Source: a virus. From it: a stretch of DNA of 64,000 nt. Below the pieces are notes generated by a model. That model did no database searches and had not been told where the DNA came from. It saw only the letters and a program-made list of their open reading frames with translations. A program made the translations under genes and the position numbers. Positions 43,282 through 53,706 of this stretch are shown piece by piece. How positions within the stretch are numbered: the stretch's first letter is position 1; each line of letters starts with the position of its first letter. Where the stretch lies: IMG/VR virus record IMGVR_UViG_3300044548_000056; one strand, 5' to 3'.

Positions 43282-45887
43282 ACGTTGCCTAATTCTTCCA
43301 AGTACTTAACTCTGTTCGCTACGGATGTGTATTCTTCTACTGAAACGACTGGCGGCGGGGCCATCATCATGCCTTTTGCAACTGCCCTTGCAAGCATATC
43401 CTCCCCAATGGTTTGGTTAGAGGATGAAGTAGTGTTGATGTTGATCGGAACACCGCCACCCATCATATTGAATGATGATAAGAGCGGACTAAACATGCTT
43501 GTTGCGGCAGCAGTTAAAACACTCTCGCCATTTGATAGCATTGCGGGGATTGAATCACTGGTCGATGTGCCAGGCCCGGTAACCTCACCTCCCTGTGCAA
43601 ATTTAGCACTTTTTACTGTTTTTACAGCATTTGCGATGTTAGAAAGTATAGTTGCCACAGTCGTAGCAATAGCGGCTAGATTTAAAGGGAATGGCTTTCC
43701 TGCAGCAGCTTTTACACCCTCGGCAACAGCAACCCCCGAATTTATAGCTATCTGCGCCAATGCTAGTACTTTTGATGCCATAGCCAACGACTTATCAGAT
43801 TCACCGATAGCCTCGGTTAGAGATATAAGTCCCCCGGTTATCTCGGACATGGACTGTAACTTGGCCTGTTCAATATCTATCTCTTTTTCTGCAAGAGCCT
43901 GCTTCGAATCGTTATACTCATTCTGCACTTTCAACTTCCGAAGGTTAAAGGCGTCAATACTCTCCCCTTCTAGTTGCTGCATGGTATTTAGTTCTGTGAG
44001 TTTCTGTTCCATCTTGACACGGAGCACTTCCTCTTCATTACCATGCGCCTGTTCTATCTCCATCTCAAAACGGGTCTTTATGGCATCCTGCTGTTTTTTA
44101 AGGATGTCATCATCATGTTTAGCGGAAAGGTCATCAATCTGCTTATTATACTTTTGAGTGATGGCTAGTTTCATTTGCTCTGTAAGTTCTTTCTGTGATA
44201 ACTCCGCATTACGTTGGGTAATGAGCTGCTGCATCTTTAACTGGTATTCCTGTTCGCTCCCGACTTTTACAGAAGCTAATTGCGTCTCAATGAGTTTCTG
44301 ACGGTCTGCAATCTCCTTTGCCAATTGTTCATCTGATAATTTAGCTAGAGCATCCTTCTTCTGCTGTTCAATGGAAACGATCTGCTTTCTAATGGCTTCC
44401 CTAGCAGATTTGGTAAGATCAGTTTCGTTTTTTAACCTGCGCTTTAAATCCTCCACTTGACGGTTGTACTGGTAATTGACTTCTTTTGTCTGCTGTAATC
44501 GCTTGTCTTTAACCAGTTTCAGCATTTCATCCTCGGCCTTACGTACCTCGGCTATCTCTTTATCACGAATAGCCTTTGCCTGTTCTGCCGCTTGCTTCTT
44601 GGCATCAAGAGCCGATTTTTCGGCAGACTTATTTTCATTGATAACTTCTATTTCTTGCTCCTTCAGTCTGCGCGTTTTATCAAAATATTCTTTTTGAGCA
44701 TTATATACATTTGCTTCCAGTTGTACCAATTCCTCATTTGTTTTCTTCTTATTCTTTGACCACCTACTCTCGGTCTTTAAATTCTCCAATTTCTGTACAG
44801 CTATATCTTTATTACGCTTAGCCTGCTGTTCTTCCAATTTATTGGCTTCCCTTACAAAAGCGAGCCGGTCTTTAGCTGAATATTTTTCTTTATCTTTGGC
44901 TTTAACTCTTAATTTTGAAACAGTAAGAGCATCTTTTGCATTCTTCACCGTGTTATCTCGTTCTTGCTCTTCAATAGCTATTCGTTCTTTTGATAACGCC
45001 ACAGCTTCACGATTAGCATCATTCATTTCCTTTATATATTTCCCCACACCGGGTATTTTTTCCGCTAAAGAAGCAATCCAATTCGTAAATTTTGCACCAA
45101 CCTCTACAACTGATAAGATACCAGCAGCTAAATTTTGAACTATACTAAGCAAAAAACTTAAAGCTCTGCTTAATGGAGCTGTTATAACCTTCCACCTATT
45201 TGATTCTTCTTCACTTGAATTAATGGCTTTAGCCACCGCCATAACAGCAACAGCAATTCCAGATAATATGGCTACGATCGGATTTGCTAATAATGCGAGT
45301 AATTGCTTACCAAACGAAGCGACAGCAGATTTGCCAATTGTAAATGCTTTCTGGACACCTCCCATCTCATTCTGCATTTGCATGATTTGACCAATAAAAG
45401 GGACATTAGATTGAACTGCTCCCAATATGGCAGCTTCATAGTTTCCTACATTTCGATAAAAACGTTGCGTCTCAGCTTCTGCACCTTTCAACTCATTAGT
45501 AACTGAATTTATCTTCTTCTGTAAACCCTGCCCTTTAGAACCTTCACGCTCCTCTTTATTTAACCTATCATAAGCAGCAGTCAAGTTCGATAATTGAGCA
45601 CGAAGAGATACTAAACTGCCTTCCTGTTCCTTCTCTACCTTGCGATTATTAGAAACTTCTTTAGATACAGTTCGAAGAGTTTCGGTATATTCCTTTTCTG
45701 CAACTTTTGCCTCACTAAGTTTCAAATTGTATTTATCCCGGCTTATACGCCCCGCATCCAAATCCTCTTTAAGGGTTTTCTCTAACTTTCTAACGACATC
45801 CAACTGCGAACGATAATCAGATATTTTTCTTATCGCATCATCATAACGCACGCGAATATCCAAAATCTTTTCTTGTACATTTTCCAT
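43278..45887 (-). CDS. Tape measure protein (copy 2)
   Basis: Identical to 502-3111. Confidence 0.85.
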   Translation of the reverse strand: MENVQEKILDIRVRYDDAIRKISDYRSQLDVVRKLEKTLKEDLDAGRISRDKYNLKLSEAKVAEKEYTETLRTVSKEVSNNRKVEKEQEGSLVSLRAQLSNLTAAYDRLNKEEREGSKGQGLQKKINSVTNELKGAEAETQRFYRNVGNYEAAILGAVQSNVPFIGQIMQMQNEMGGVQKAFTIGKSAVASFGKQLLALLANPIVAILSGIAVAVMAVAKAINSSEEESNRWKVITAPLSRALSFLLSIVQNLAAGILSVVEVGAKFTNWIASLAEKIPGVGKYIKEMNDANREAVALSKERIAIEEQERDNTVKNAKDALTVSKLRVKAKDKEKYSAKDRLAFVREANKLEEQQAKRNKDIAVQKLENLKTESRWSKNKKKTNEELVQLEANVYNAQKEYFDKTRRLKEQEIEVINENKSAEKSALDAKKQAAEQAKAIRDKEIAEVRKAEDEMLKLVKDKRLQQTKEVNYQYNRQVEDLKRRLKNETDLTKSAREAIRKQIVSIEQQKKDALAKLSDEQLAKEIADRQKLIETQLASVKVGSEQEYQLKMQQLITQRNAELSQKELTEQMKLAITQKYNKQIDDLSAKHDDDILKKQQDAIKTRFEMEIEQAHGNEEEVLRVKMEQKLTELNTMQQLEGESIDAFNLRKLKVQNEYNDSKQALAEKEIDIEQAKLQSMSEITGGLISLTEAIGESDKSLAMASKVLALAQIAINSGVAVAEGVKAAAGKPFPLNLAAIATTVATILSNIANAVKTVKSAKFAQGGEVTGPGTSTSDSIPAMLSNGESVLTAAATSMFSPLLSSFNMMGGGVPININTTSSSNQTIGEDMLARAVAKGMMMAPPPVVSVEEYTSVANRVKYLEELGNV

Positions 45888-45889
45888 AT

Positions 45890-47800
45890 TTATACCTCCA
45901 ATTGTAATAATTTGCATTCACATATACCCGTATCTTCGGCCTTTATTGATATGATGGCATAATAGCGGCCATACTGTCCGAGATAAACAGGTACGGTCAT
46001 ATCCAACTCTTTCAAATCAATATCACTCACCTCTATCTTTTCAGTAAGAATCACAGGCTTACGTACCAGTTCCTGATACTTTGAATAGTTTTTATTGATT
46101 AGTGTTTCCCAATCAAGCCCGGTAAACACACCACTTACTCCCGAAAGAAGCAATAAGCGAGATTCAACGGTTGAGTATTGTAGCTTTCCGTCTTTATCAT
46201 AAGAGTACAACGGTATCTTTGCTATCCCTTTATACATTTCCGTTGGTGAGAAAGGAAGGGTAATCACATCATTTTCATAATCAAGTGTCTCATCATCCAC
46301 AACGATATAACCGCTATAATCACCCGACACCGTACTATCTTCCTTCCATAGGTAGTTATTCCTCTGTGCAAAGTCATCAAGAGAAAACGATATTTCCTTT
46401 GGCTTATTCTCCTGAAAGGTTGCCACCACCTTACGAGTCCAGTTTAATGCCTTACTTTTATTCCCTACTAAAGTTTCCACAGAGACAAAGCGTATCACGT
46501 TCCCTTCCTCTGCAACCGCAAACACACCAAGCATTGAAGCTATTGCTTTTATAAAATCAATCTGTTTTATGTTAGGAAGATTGGGTACGATCCAAAACAA
46601 ACCGTCAACATAACCCGAACCCGTATTTGTTTCCCGTATCACCTGTTCCGCTATATTCGCCACCTTCATACTCCCGGAGACAGCAAGCACTTTCCCGCCG
46701 TCACCAATGTTATCAAAAGAGAACTTTATGTATTTCCCTTTGGTATTATCGTAAATATTAGTCAGTACAGACGTCTTTTCATCCTCAAACTCATACAATA
46801 CCTTATACTGATTAGTGGTCCCGGAAATAAGAGATATATCCACTGGTGAAATTTCCAGTACGGTTGTTGTATCTATGTCTGAACCATTACTACTTTGGTT
46901 TGAGTTATAGATTACAAGGGTTGGAGCGGAAGGGGTACTATTAGCCTGTATTGTCACCTCTAAACGGCCGGTGATGCGGGGCGTACCATTACTGATAAAC
47001 GAGCAATAGGAATTTGTTTTATGCGTACCTACTCCTAAAGAGAACGCCCGCCCGTAATAATTAGAGGTCGTATTGTCTTTAAAGGTTATCATATTACGAT
47101 TTACATCTTCATCCATTTCCACTCCATTAGCAACAAGGGTAACGGCACATATTTCAGAATACTTCTCACTATCATTACGTGTCAGTAACGGAACAAACAT
47201 CTTTTGCATTTGCATCATCTTATCATCGGGAAAGACAAAGCTCACCCCGCTTGCCGATGCGATCATATCAAGTATCTCATTGACGTACACAACAGGGTGA
47301 TACCACACCTTCGTTTCCTCGGTTTTAAAGCCATAGTTTATTTTAGGATATAGCTTATCATTTGCTCCCCAGTCCTTCCATTCCCGGTAATCACGCCCCG
47401 CATAAGCTCTTCCCCCTTCCAGATAAGGAAGGTCGGTTAACTTCTTACCATCGCTCACAATGGAAGAAAATGCAGTGGTGTTTCCCCATGCAAGGGCCAT
47501 CTCTATACTATCGGATATGGAGAGTAACACGGCACTGGACTTATTGATTATCTCAATGCCGTTACGGATATATCTCCCGGCATGTCGCTTCCTTGGATAG
47601 TCTGTTTCACACGCTGGCAAATCGGCATGTTGGATGATACGCTGATTTCTCACCGTCTTAGGCAGTTTGATTGTATAGCTGTTATTACTCACTATCTTAC
47701 TCAAATCAGTAAAGATGTTACTCTTAAAATTCAGTGTGATTTTGGTGTTATCATCCAAATCCACCAGCTCGCCATCAATAAATAATAAATCGTTTCTCAT
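45890..47800 (-). CDS. Tail structural protein (copy 2)
   Basis: Identical to 3114-5024. Confidence 0.6.
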   Translation of the reverse strand: MRNDLLFIDGELVDLDDNTKITLNFKSNIFTDLSKIVSNNSYTIKLPKTVRNQRIIQHADLPACETDYPRKRHAGRYIRNGIEIINKSSAVLLSISDSIEMALAWGNTTAFSSIVSDGKKLTDLPYLEGGRAYAGRDYREWKDWGANDKLYPKINYGFKTEETKVWYHPVVYVNEILDMIASASGVSFVFPDDKMMQMQKMFVPLLTRNDSEKYSEICAVTLVANGVEMDEDVNRNMITFKDNTTSNYYGRAFSLGVGTHKTNSYCSFISNGTPRITGRLEVTIQANSTPSAPTLVIYNSNQSSNGSDIDTTTVLEISPVDISLISGTTNQYKVLYEFEDEKTSVLTNIYDNTKGKYIKFSFDNIGDGGKVLAVSGSMKVANIAEQVIRETNTGSGYVDGLFWIVPNLPNIKQIDFIKAIASMLGVFAVAEEGNVIRFVSVETLVGNKSKALNWTRKVVATFQENKPKEISFSLDDFAQRNNYLWKEDSTVSGDYSGYIVVDDETLDYENDVITLPFSPTEMYKGIAKIPLYSYDKDGKLQYSTVESRLLLLSGVSGVFTGLDWETLINKNYSKYQELVRKPVILTEKIEVSDIDLKELDMTVPVYLGQYGRYYAIISIKAEDTGICECKLLQLEV

Positions 47801-48894
47801 AAGCTTTGTACACGTGTTTCAGGTAATATAATTGTTGCTACAAAGTCCTGCAATACACTCCGGGCTTTTACGAAAGTTTCCACCGATACATTAACGGCTT
47901 TCCAACGATCCACACCGTTTACATCCTTACCGGCATACATATCAACGACAGGGGTCAATGCCAATTGGAAAAGGAAATCGTATGTATCACTATTCACCAG
48001 TGGAGCACATATAGGAATGGTATTGTTCTCTGTTTTCCGCTGTTTGCGGCCCGTGCCACCGTGATAACCGTTTACATAGTTGTAATCCTGCATGTTGTTA
48101 CGGATAAATTCCCCGTCATTGGCTACCTGCCGGCTTTCATCCCCATTGTGGAATAGCCAATAACAGTAAAAGCCATGTCGGTTTATCCAGCGAAGATACA
48201 CCCCGTCGGTACAGCTATCCACAAGCAACCGTACCGTGGCCGCTACATTGGTAAGTGCCTGAAAGGTGAAATCAAACGTGTTATCAAATACACTGGCTAC
48301 ACCTTCGGAGCCTGGCAGTTCAAAGCGTACTTCATCCTTGGCATCAATACCGTTCAGCATCAGGTTATAAACCTTCCTATCAGGCAGCGCAATGGCATCC
48401 AAAGCAACGCCATCGGCCGTAACGTTCACACTCCCGGCGGCGGCCGTGTACATTCCAACAGTAAAAGGATAATTCTTAAACCATGTCAACACCCGGTCAC
48501 CGTTGTACCGCTCCCCTATCTTCATAGCTCCCCAGATAACGAACGTGTTAAACTGAAAGCTATTCCCTAAAGTCCCGTCATCGTTATATAAGTCAAGCTC
48601 TACACTAAAGAGCCTGCCTAACTTACTATCCTGTGCGCCAGATGCGGTATAATCAACCTTATTGAAGTCGATTGAATCAAAAGCGGCCTGTGTATAGAAC
48701 GACATATCAAAGAAACAGGAAGTGTCGAACATGGTACGCTTTTCCGTATGGCTGTCATTGGTAACGGTGTCTGTCACAATCATAGCCACCGAGGCCCACG
48801 CATGGCCGAGTATGTTAATCACCACCGGATTGAAACAAAACGCTATTTCATCCGGGTACTCAATCGTGGTATCATCAATACTATGCGTTCTCAT
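47797..48894 (-). CDS. Tail protein (copy 2)
   Basis: Identical to 5021-6118. Confidence 0.55.
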   Translation of the reverse strand: MRTHSIDDTTIEYPDEIAFCFNPVVINILGHAWASVAMIVTDTVTNDSHTEKRTMFDTSCFFDMSFYTQAAFDSIDFNKVDYTASGAQDSKLGRLFSVELDLYNDDGTLGNSFQFNTFVIWGAMKIGERYNGDRVLTWFKNYPFTVGMYTAAAGSVNVTADGVALDAIALPDRKVYNLMLNGIDAKDEVRFELPGSEGVASVFDNTFDFTFQALTNVAATVRLLVDSCTDGVYLRWINRHGFYCYWLFHNGDESRQVANDGEFIRNNMQDYNYVNGYHGGTGRKQRKTENNTIPICAPLVNSDTYDFLFQLALTPVVDMYAGKDVNGVDRWKAVNVSVETFVKARSVLQDFVATIILPETRVQSL

Positions 48895-49345
48895 TACTAT
48901 TCAGGTTTATGTGTGTTACACCATCGGCAAGGATGCCAAACACACGGTCCATAATATTCTTTATTGTCTCTTCAACATCCGGGGAGTAAATGTCTGCACG
49001 GCCACCATTACGGAACAGTTCCGTTCCCTCATTGGCTATCTTCCGGGCCACTAGATAGGCAAAGCTCTTAGGCTTCTCCACCTGTATCTTTTTATCCTCC
49101 ACCCACTGCTGGATGATCTGATAAAAGCCTTTGGGTACTTTGCCCGGACGGCGTCCCGTCTCCAATACATCAAAGGCCTGCCTGCCGTATAGGATGCCAT
49201 GATTATCATCAACGACCACTTTCAGGCTCTCAATGGTACGGCCGCTAGCTCTTTGCTTGGCCCGTATATGATTGTCGATAATACGCTGTCTAAGGGCATT
49301 CAGTTCCTCGCTTATAACTTTCTTTGCTTCCTCTTTATTTCCCAT
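48881..49345 (-). CDS. Neck/morphogenesis protein (copy 2)
   Basis: Identical to 6105-6569. Confidence 0.5.
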   Translation of the reverse strand: MGNKEEAKKVISEELNALRQRIIDNHIRAKQRASGRTIESLKVVVDDNHGILYGRQAFDVLETGRRPGKVPKGFYQIIQQWVEDKKIQVEKPKSFAYLVARKIANEGTELFRNGGRADIYSPDVEETIKNIMDRVFGILADGVTHINLNSNENA

Positions 49346-49346
49346 A

Positions 49347-49775
49347 TCAGCACATAGGCACTCCGTGTACCTCCTTTAGTTGCAACTCAATCACAACTCC
49401 GGTTATATTCACATCCAGCTTATCATAAAAGACCGAATAAGTGATGTCACCGTCAACCGGTTCAAACAGCCCGCTATTATTTAGTCTCTTGATGAAATCA
49501 ATAGCATGGGACTTACAACGTTCTATCACTTCATCATTGTCCACACCGTCAAAATCAAGTTCGGTCAAGTCAGCAAAGGCAAGCATACAGTTAGGACAAT
49601 CCCGTATCTGTACACGGGACAAACTGAACTTACCCGATACCGGAAGCACGTTAATCATAACCGGCATCTTTTCTTTGTCTAACCGGACATTAGCCGTGGC
49701 CCAGTTATCATACAAATAGGTTATTCCAAGCTGTTCAGCAATGGAAGCAATCTTTCTCTCTACACTTGTTTTCAT
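49347..49775 (-). CDS. Putative tail completion protein (copy 2)
   Basis: Identical to 6571-6999. Confidence 0.4.
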   Translation of the reverse strand: MKTSVERKIASIAEQLGITYLYDNWATANVRLDKEKMPVMINVLPVSGKFSLSRVQIRDCPNCMLAFADLTELDFDGVDNDEVIERCKSHAIDFIKRLNNSGLFEPVDGDITYSVFYDKLDVNITGVVIELQLKEVHGVPMC

Positions 49776-50311
49776 CGTTCCTTATTTTGATAGACCTCTC
49801 TCAATCTACGTTCATAGCGTATCTTCTCCGCATCCATATCCAAACACTTATATACCCGTATCCACGGCACACGCTCCACTTCCTCATGGTCTGTTATACC
49901 CATACGTATAGCGAAATAATCCAATAGGCCGAACATCCCGAATTTGAGTTGCTCAATGCCGGCACGCTTTTCCTCGGGAGTAGGTTCCACACTGGTGGAT
50001 TCAAACAACTTATTAATCCGGCCTACTTCCTTTGCCACCCATGAAGAGAAGCCTATCACATCCTCTGCCCGGCATTCACTTACTTCCTCTTTAGATAACC
50101 CAAGTAGGACCATACAAGGCACAAAGAGACAGTCGGTCACAGTGGAGACCGATTGCAATTCAATGAGTTGTCCCATAGTTGCATTATTTAATGTTTCGGG
50201 TACATACATACCGCATACAAAGTCCGGCTTTGGAAGGGCTTCAATCTGTGCTTTCACCTCTTCCGGGTTGGCCGCTACTTCACTCAATATCAAAAACTCT
50301 TTTACTGTCAT
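49772..50311 (-). CDS. Hypothetical structural protein (copy 2)
   Basis: Identical to 6996-7535. Confidence 0.5.
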   Translation of the reverse strand: MTVKEFLILSEVAANPEEVKAQIEALPKPDFVCGMYVPETLNNATMGQLIELQSVSTVTDCLFVPCMVLLGLSKEEVSECRAEDVIGFSSWVAKEVGRINKLFESTSVEPTPEEKRAGIEQLKFGMFGLLDYFAIRMGITDHEEVERVPWIRVYKCLDMDAEKIRYERRLREVYQNKER

Positions 50312-50313
50312 AA

Positions 50314-51501
50314 TTATATTGTTGCTAATTTTGCTCTTGCTTTCCTGATAACCGGACGCTCTGATAACTTATTCAATGCTACATACCGGACGGCGTCCAT
50401 AGCATGATTATACTTATCCACAGGCTCATTCGTCAGCTCACCCGTTATCTTATTCTCTTTCCACTTATAGTTCCGCAGTTCCTTTATCACATTCAAACTG
50501 CGCTTTGTTACGCATAGCTCATACCGTTGTAATATCTGAATGCCTGTTCGAATGGAATCACTACCCTTTTCCGCTGGCTCTATATGCTTAATGCCATAGT
50601 TGTATATCTCCTTGATGGATTTCTGTTCTGCTGAATCGGCAATCACATTACGACCGGATAGGTCTGCCTCCCGGATGCGTACAGCGATCATATCGTTTGT
50701 CATGCCCCTATCGTAGCACTTCTCATCAAGCCATAGTTTACCATCACACAAAGCCACTTCAATGAGTGCCGTCGGGTCGTTGGTGAATCCAAAGTCAAGA
50801 CCACCCCATATACGTTTCGCTTCCTTGGGCATGGCATCAACCTGCTTCCAACGTGAATAAATAACCCCGATAGGACGGCCCGTTTCACCAAGGCCATACA
50901 CCTTCCACCAATTCTCATCATCCTTATTTGATTCTATCTCGGCCACCTGTTGAGGGGATAAGTAAGGATTGTCCTTGTAAGTGGAATGAATCTCTATCGT
51001 GTTCTCACGCCCTTGTATGCCTTTTATCTCATACCAGAACTCTGTATCCGGGTTCCAGTCTACGAAGATGCACTCCGTAGTACGTACAGCCAGTTGACGA
51101 AAGACTTCGTAGTTTATACGATTACACTCATTGATGAAAAGAATATCACGCCGGGAGCCTTTTACCTTCCCCCAGTCATCAGCAGAGAAGAAACGTATCT
51201 TTATCCCGGAACGGAAAGTATAGACATGATCCGTTTCGTTCTTCTCATAGTCCACACCCTCAACTAGGTTTTCCGCCGTTAGTATGTCCTCAATATCATT
51301 GATAGCCCCACGTTTGAGGTGCGGCATGCTTTCAGAGACAATGTCTATGACACGTTTCTTTGTGTTCCCGGTTGCAATAGTCACAAATAAAGAGACAAGG
51401 GAGTACGTCTTTCCGCTACGTGTACCCCCTTTATTGGCTATGATACGATAGTTACCTAACCATGCCTTTAGATTCTCCCTATATACATGTGTCAACCTCA
51501 T
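50314..51501 (-). CDS. terL: Terminase large subunit (copy 2)
   Basis: Identical to 7538-8725. Confidence 0.95.
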   Translation of the reverse strand: MRLTHVYRENLKAWLGNYRIIANKGGTRSGKTYSLVSLFVTIATGNTKKRVIDIVSESMPHLKRGAINDIEDILTAENLVEGVDYEKNETDHVYTFRSGIKIRFFSADDWGKVKGSRRDILFINECNRINYEVFRQLAVRTTECIFVDWNPDTEFWYEIKGIQGRENTIEIHSTYKDNPYLSPQQVAEIESNKDDENWWKVYGLGETGRPIGVIYSRWKQVDAMPKEAKRIWGGLDFGFTNDPTALIEVALCDGKLWLDEKCYDRGMTNDMIAVRIREADLSGRNVIADSAEQKSIKEIYNYGIKHIEPAEKGSDSIRTGIQILQRYELCVTKRSLNVIKELRNYKWKENKITGELTNEPVDKYNHAMDAVRYVALNKLSERPVIRKARAKLATI

Positions 51502-52056
51502 TTAGTGCTCCTTTAACTTCTCCATGAGGTTTGCATCGGCATCATTGGAAACAATGACTTTTAGCCCGGTACTAATACTCCCGGAGTATTCCTGCTGTTG
51601 TTTATCGACCAACCCAAGTTTACGCGCAATGATGTTTGCATTGAAGGCCCCAACACACGCACCCTCAAACTGTTGCGTCTCGATCGTTTCCTCCACGCGC
51701 GTGATGACTAATAAAAAATCTTCATCATTTTTCTTCTTACATGCTTCTTTGAAGTTTCGCCACCACATCGTTGACGCACCAACGTATATACATAATCCGG
51801 TGAGAGAGTAAGGACGTGCAACAGGTGTTACCTCCTTTTGCGTCTGCTCTTCGTTGACTACTCTTGTGCGCTTACCTTCTTTCCGCTTCATGGGGATAAC
51901 CTTCTGAATTGCTTTCTTTGTAGTCCAGGGGTTTTCATCACACCATTGGAAATACTCACATGCAGCATCCCATAATAATTCAGGCGTGGAAAAGAGCTTG
52001 TCTCTTCCATGCTTGTTTCTCAACATCCAAAACTGATTTCCTTTCGGTGCACTCAT
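51502..52056 (-). CDS. terS: Terminase small subunit (copy 2)
   Basis: Identical to 8726-9280. Confidence 0.88.
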   Translation of the reverse strand: MSAPKGNQFWMLRNKHGRDKLFSTPELLWDAACEYFQWCDENPWTTKKAIQKVIPMKRKEGKRTRVVNEEQTQKEVTPVARPYSLTGLCIYVGASTMWWRNFKEACKKKNDEDFLLVITRVEETIETQQFEGACVGAFNANIIARKLGLVDKQQQEYSGSISTGLKVIVSNDADANLMEKLKEH

Positions 52057-52060
52057 TTTC

Positions 52061-53518
52061 TTATTCCTCTATTTCCCGACGTAATACCACATCAATGTCC
52101 TCATCCGTAAAATCAATCGGACTAAATCGCTCACGTATGTTCTTTGGATCATCACCCTTATAGAAAACCAAGATGTTTTGGTGATGCTTACCTGTTTTAC
52201 GGCTTATGTTGAAAGGCTTAGATACACGAATAGCCAATCCGGCTATCTGATTAACCAAGATCAGTTCATTGTAGAAATGTAAACCGGCTTTTTCAAATGC
52301 TGTGATAGTATCTGATACGAAGTTATGATAGAAACCGTTCTTGTCCCTTACCTCTCCCACGACAAAGATTGCAAAGCTATTATCCTTCAGCAGAGAACAT
52401 GACCTAGCTATGATGGTCTCATACGCTTTAATGAACTCGGGATAGTCCATTGTGGATAAGTCTTTCGGATCATCTGAATAAACCTCCAAATCAGCATAAG
52501 GCGGACAACTGAATATCATGTCTGCTTTATATCCTTTGCAATGCTTATCAATACCCGTACTATCTCCACATTTCCAAACAGGAAAGTTAGGTATGTCACC
52601 AAGTACCTCTTTGGCATTCTCCCTGTTCGCTTCAATCTGTTCTTTACGTAAATCAACTCCGATATAGGACATACCGAGTTTAGCAGCTACTATACCACGA
52701 ACAGAACCACCGGAAAACGGATCAAGTATAAGACCTTCCGGGACATTAAACCAACGATACATCAACTCGCATAATACCGGGTCAAAGATGGATGTACAAC
52801 CAAGTAATGGTATTTTGTTCTCTTCGCAGTATTTGAATACCTCTTCCCACGAAGGATCGTTACCGGTCGTTTCACGAATCTTATTACGTATCTCGTAGAC
52901 ATGTGGAGGTTGTGCAGAACGATTGTAAGTGATATCTTTCTCACGACCTATCTCGCTCTTTATTCCAAGCGATAGCCACATACGACGCCTGTTTATCCAG
53001 TTACCTACTCTGGTATCAAGGACGGAAAAAGGAGGAAAGATAAAACGTTCCTGTAATGTGGCAGTGGGGACACTATCAGACTGTTTGCCCCCAGAGATTG
53101 GATTACTTGCATCGGAAAAGAGCGCATCCATATCACCGAAGTTAACGTCTCCAAGCCCCCACTCCATGAGCTTGTCACAATCCCAATCCAATAGTTTAGA
53201 TACATCCCACTCACCGTTATTGAGGTTATCCCGGATGATGATCTCTTTCTCTCGCTCCTCGGTTAGACCTTCTAAGAGTGCCGTTGGTACTTTCTTTATA
53301 CCAAGCTGTACACAGGCATCATAACGTTGGTTACCGGCAATGATGGTAAGTTCGCCGGTTCTGTTTGATAAGATAATGGGACGGGCTTCGAAATAATCGG
53401 GATTGTGTTGTATGGATTCCTTTAGCTTCTCTAGCTGTTCCTCGGTTATAGTCCGTGGATTATTCTCTAACTTCTTTAAATCACTTATTTTACGATAGAT
53501 TATTTCCATAAAAAACAC
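52061..53518 (-). CDS. ParB-N/DNA methyltransferase fusion (copy 2)
   Basis: Identical to 9285-10742. Confidence 0.85.
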   Translation of the reverse strand: MFFMEIIYRKISDLKKLENNPRTITEEQLEKLKESIQHNPDYFEARPIILSNRTGELTIIAGNQRYDACVQLGIKKVPTALLEGLTEEREKEIIIRDNLNNGEWDVSKLLDWDCDKLMEWGLGDVNFGDMDALFSDASNPISGGKQSDSVPTATLQERFIFPPFSVLDTRVGNWINRRRMWLSLGIKSEIGREKDITYNRSAQPPHVYEIRNKIRETTGNDPSWEEVFKYCEENKIPLLGCTSIFDPVLCELMYRWFNVPEGLILDPFSGGSVRGIVAAKLGMSYIGVDLRKEQIEANRENAKEVLGDIPNFPVWKCGDSTGIDKHCKGYKADMIFSCPPYADLEVYSDDPKDLSTMDYPEFIKAYETIIARSCSLLKDNSFAIFVVGEVRDKNGFYHNFVSDTITAFEKAGLHFYNELILVNQIAGLAIRVSKPFNISRKTGKHHQNILVFYKGDDPKNIRERFSPIDFTDEDIDVVLRREIEE

Positions 53519-53706
53519 TTTTTCTTTACGGAAATAAAGATACCGAATAACCCTCTAACAGGCTACCCGGTAGCTAATAAGTTACTGACATTTGATGTCA
53601 GTAGAAAAAAATTAATCATATATTATTGGCACTTTGAGATTTATTTTACACTTTTACATAAGGAACAAAGAATCAAGTAAATCATAGCCTATCGAGATGA
53701 TTATTA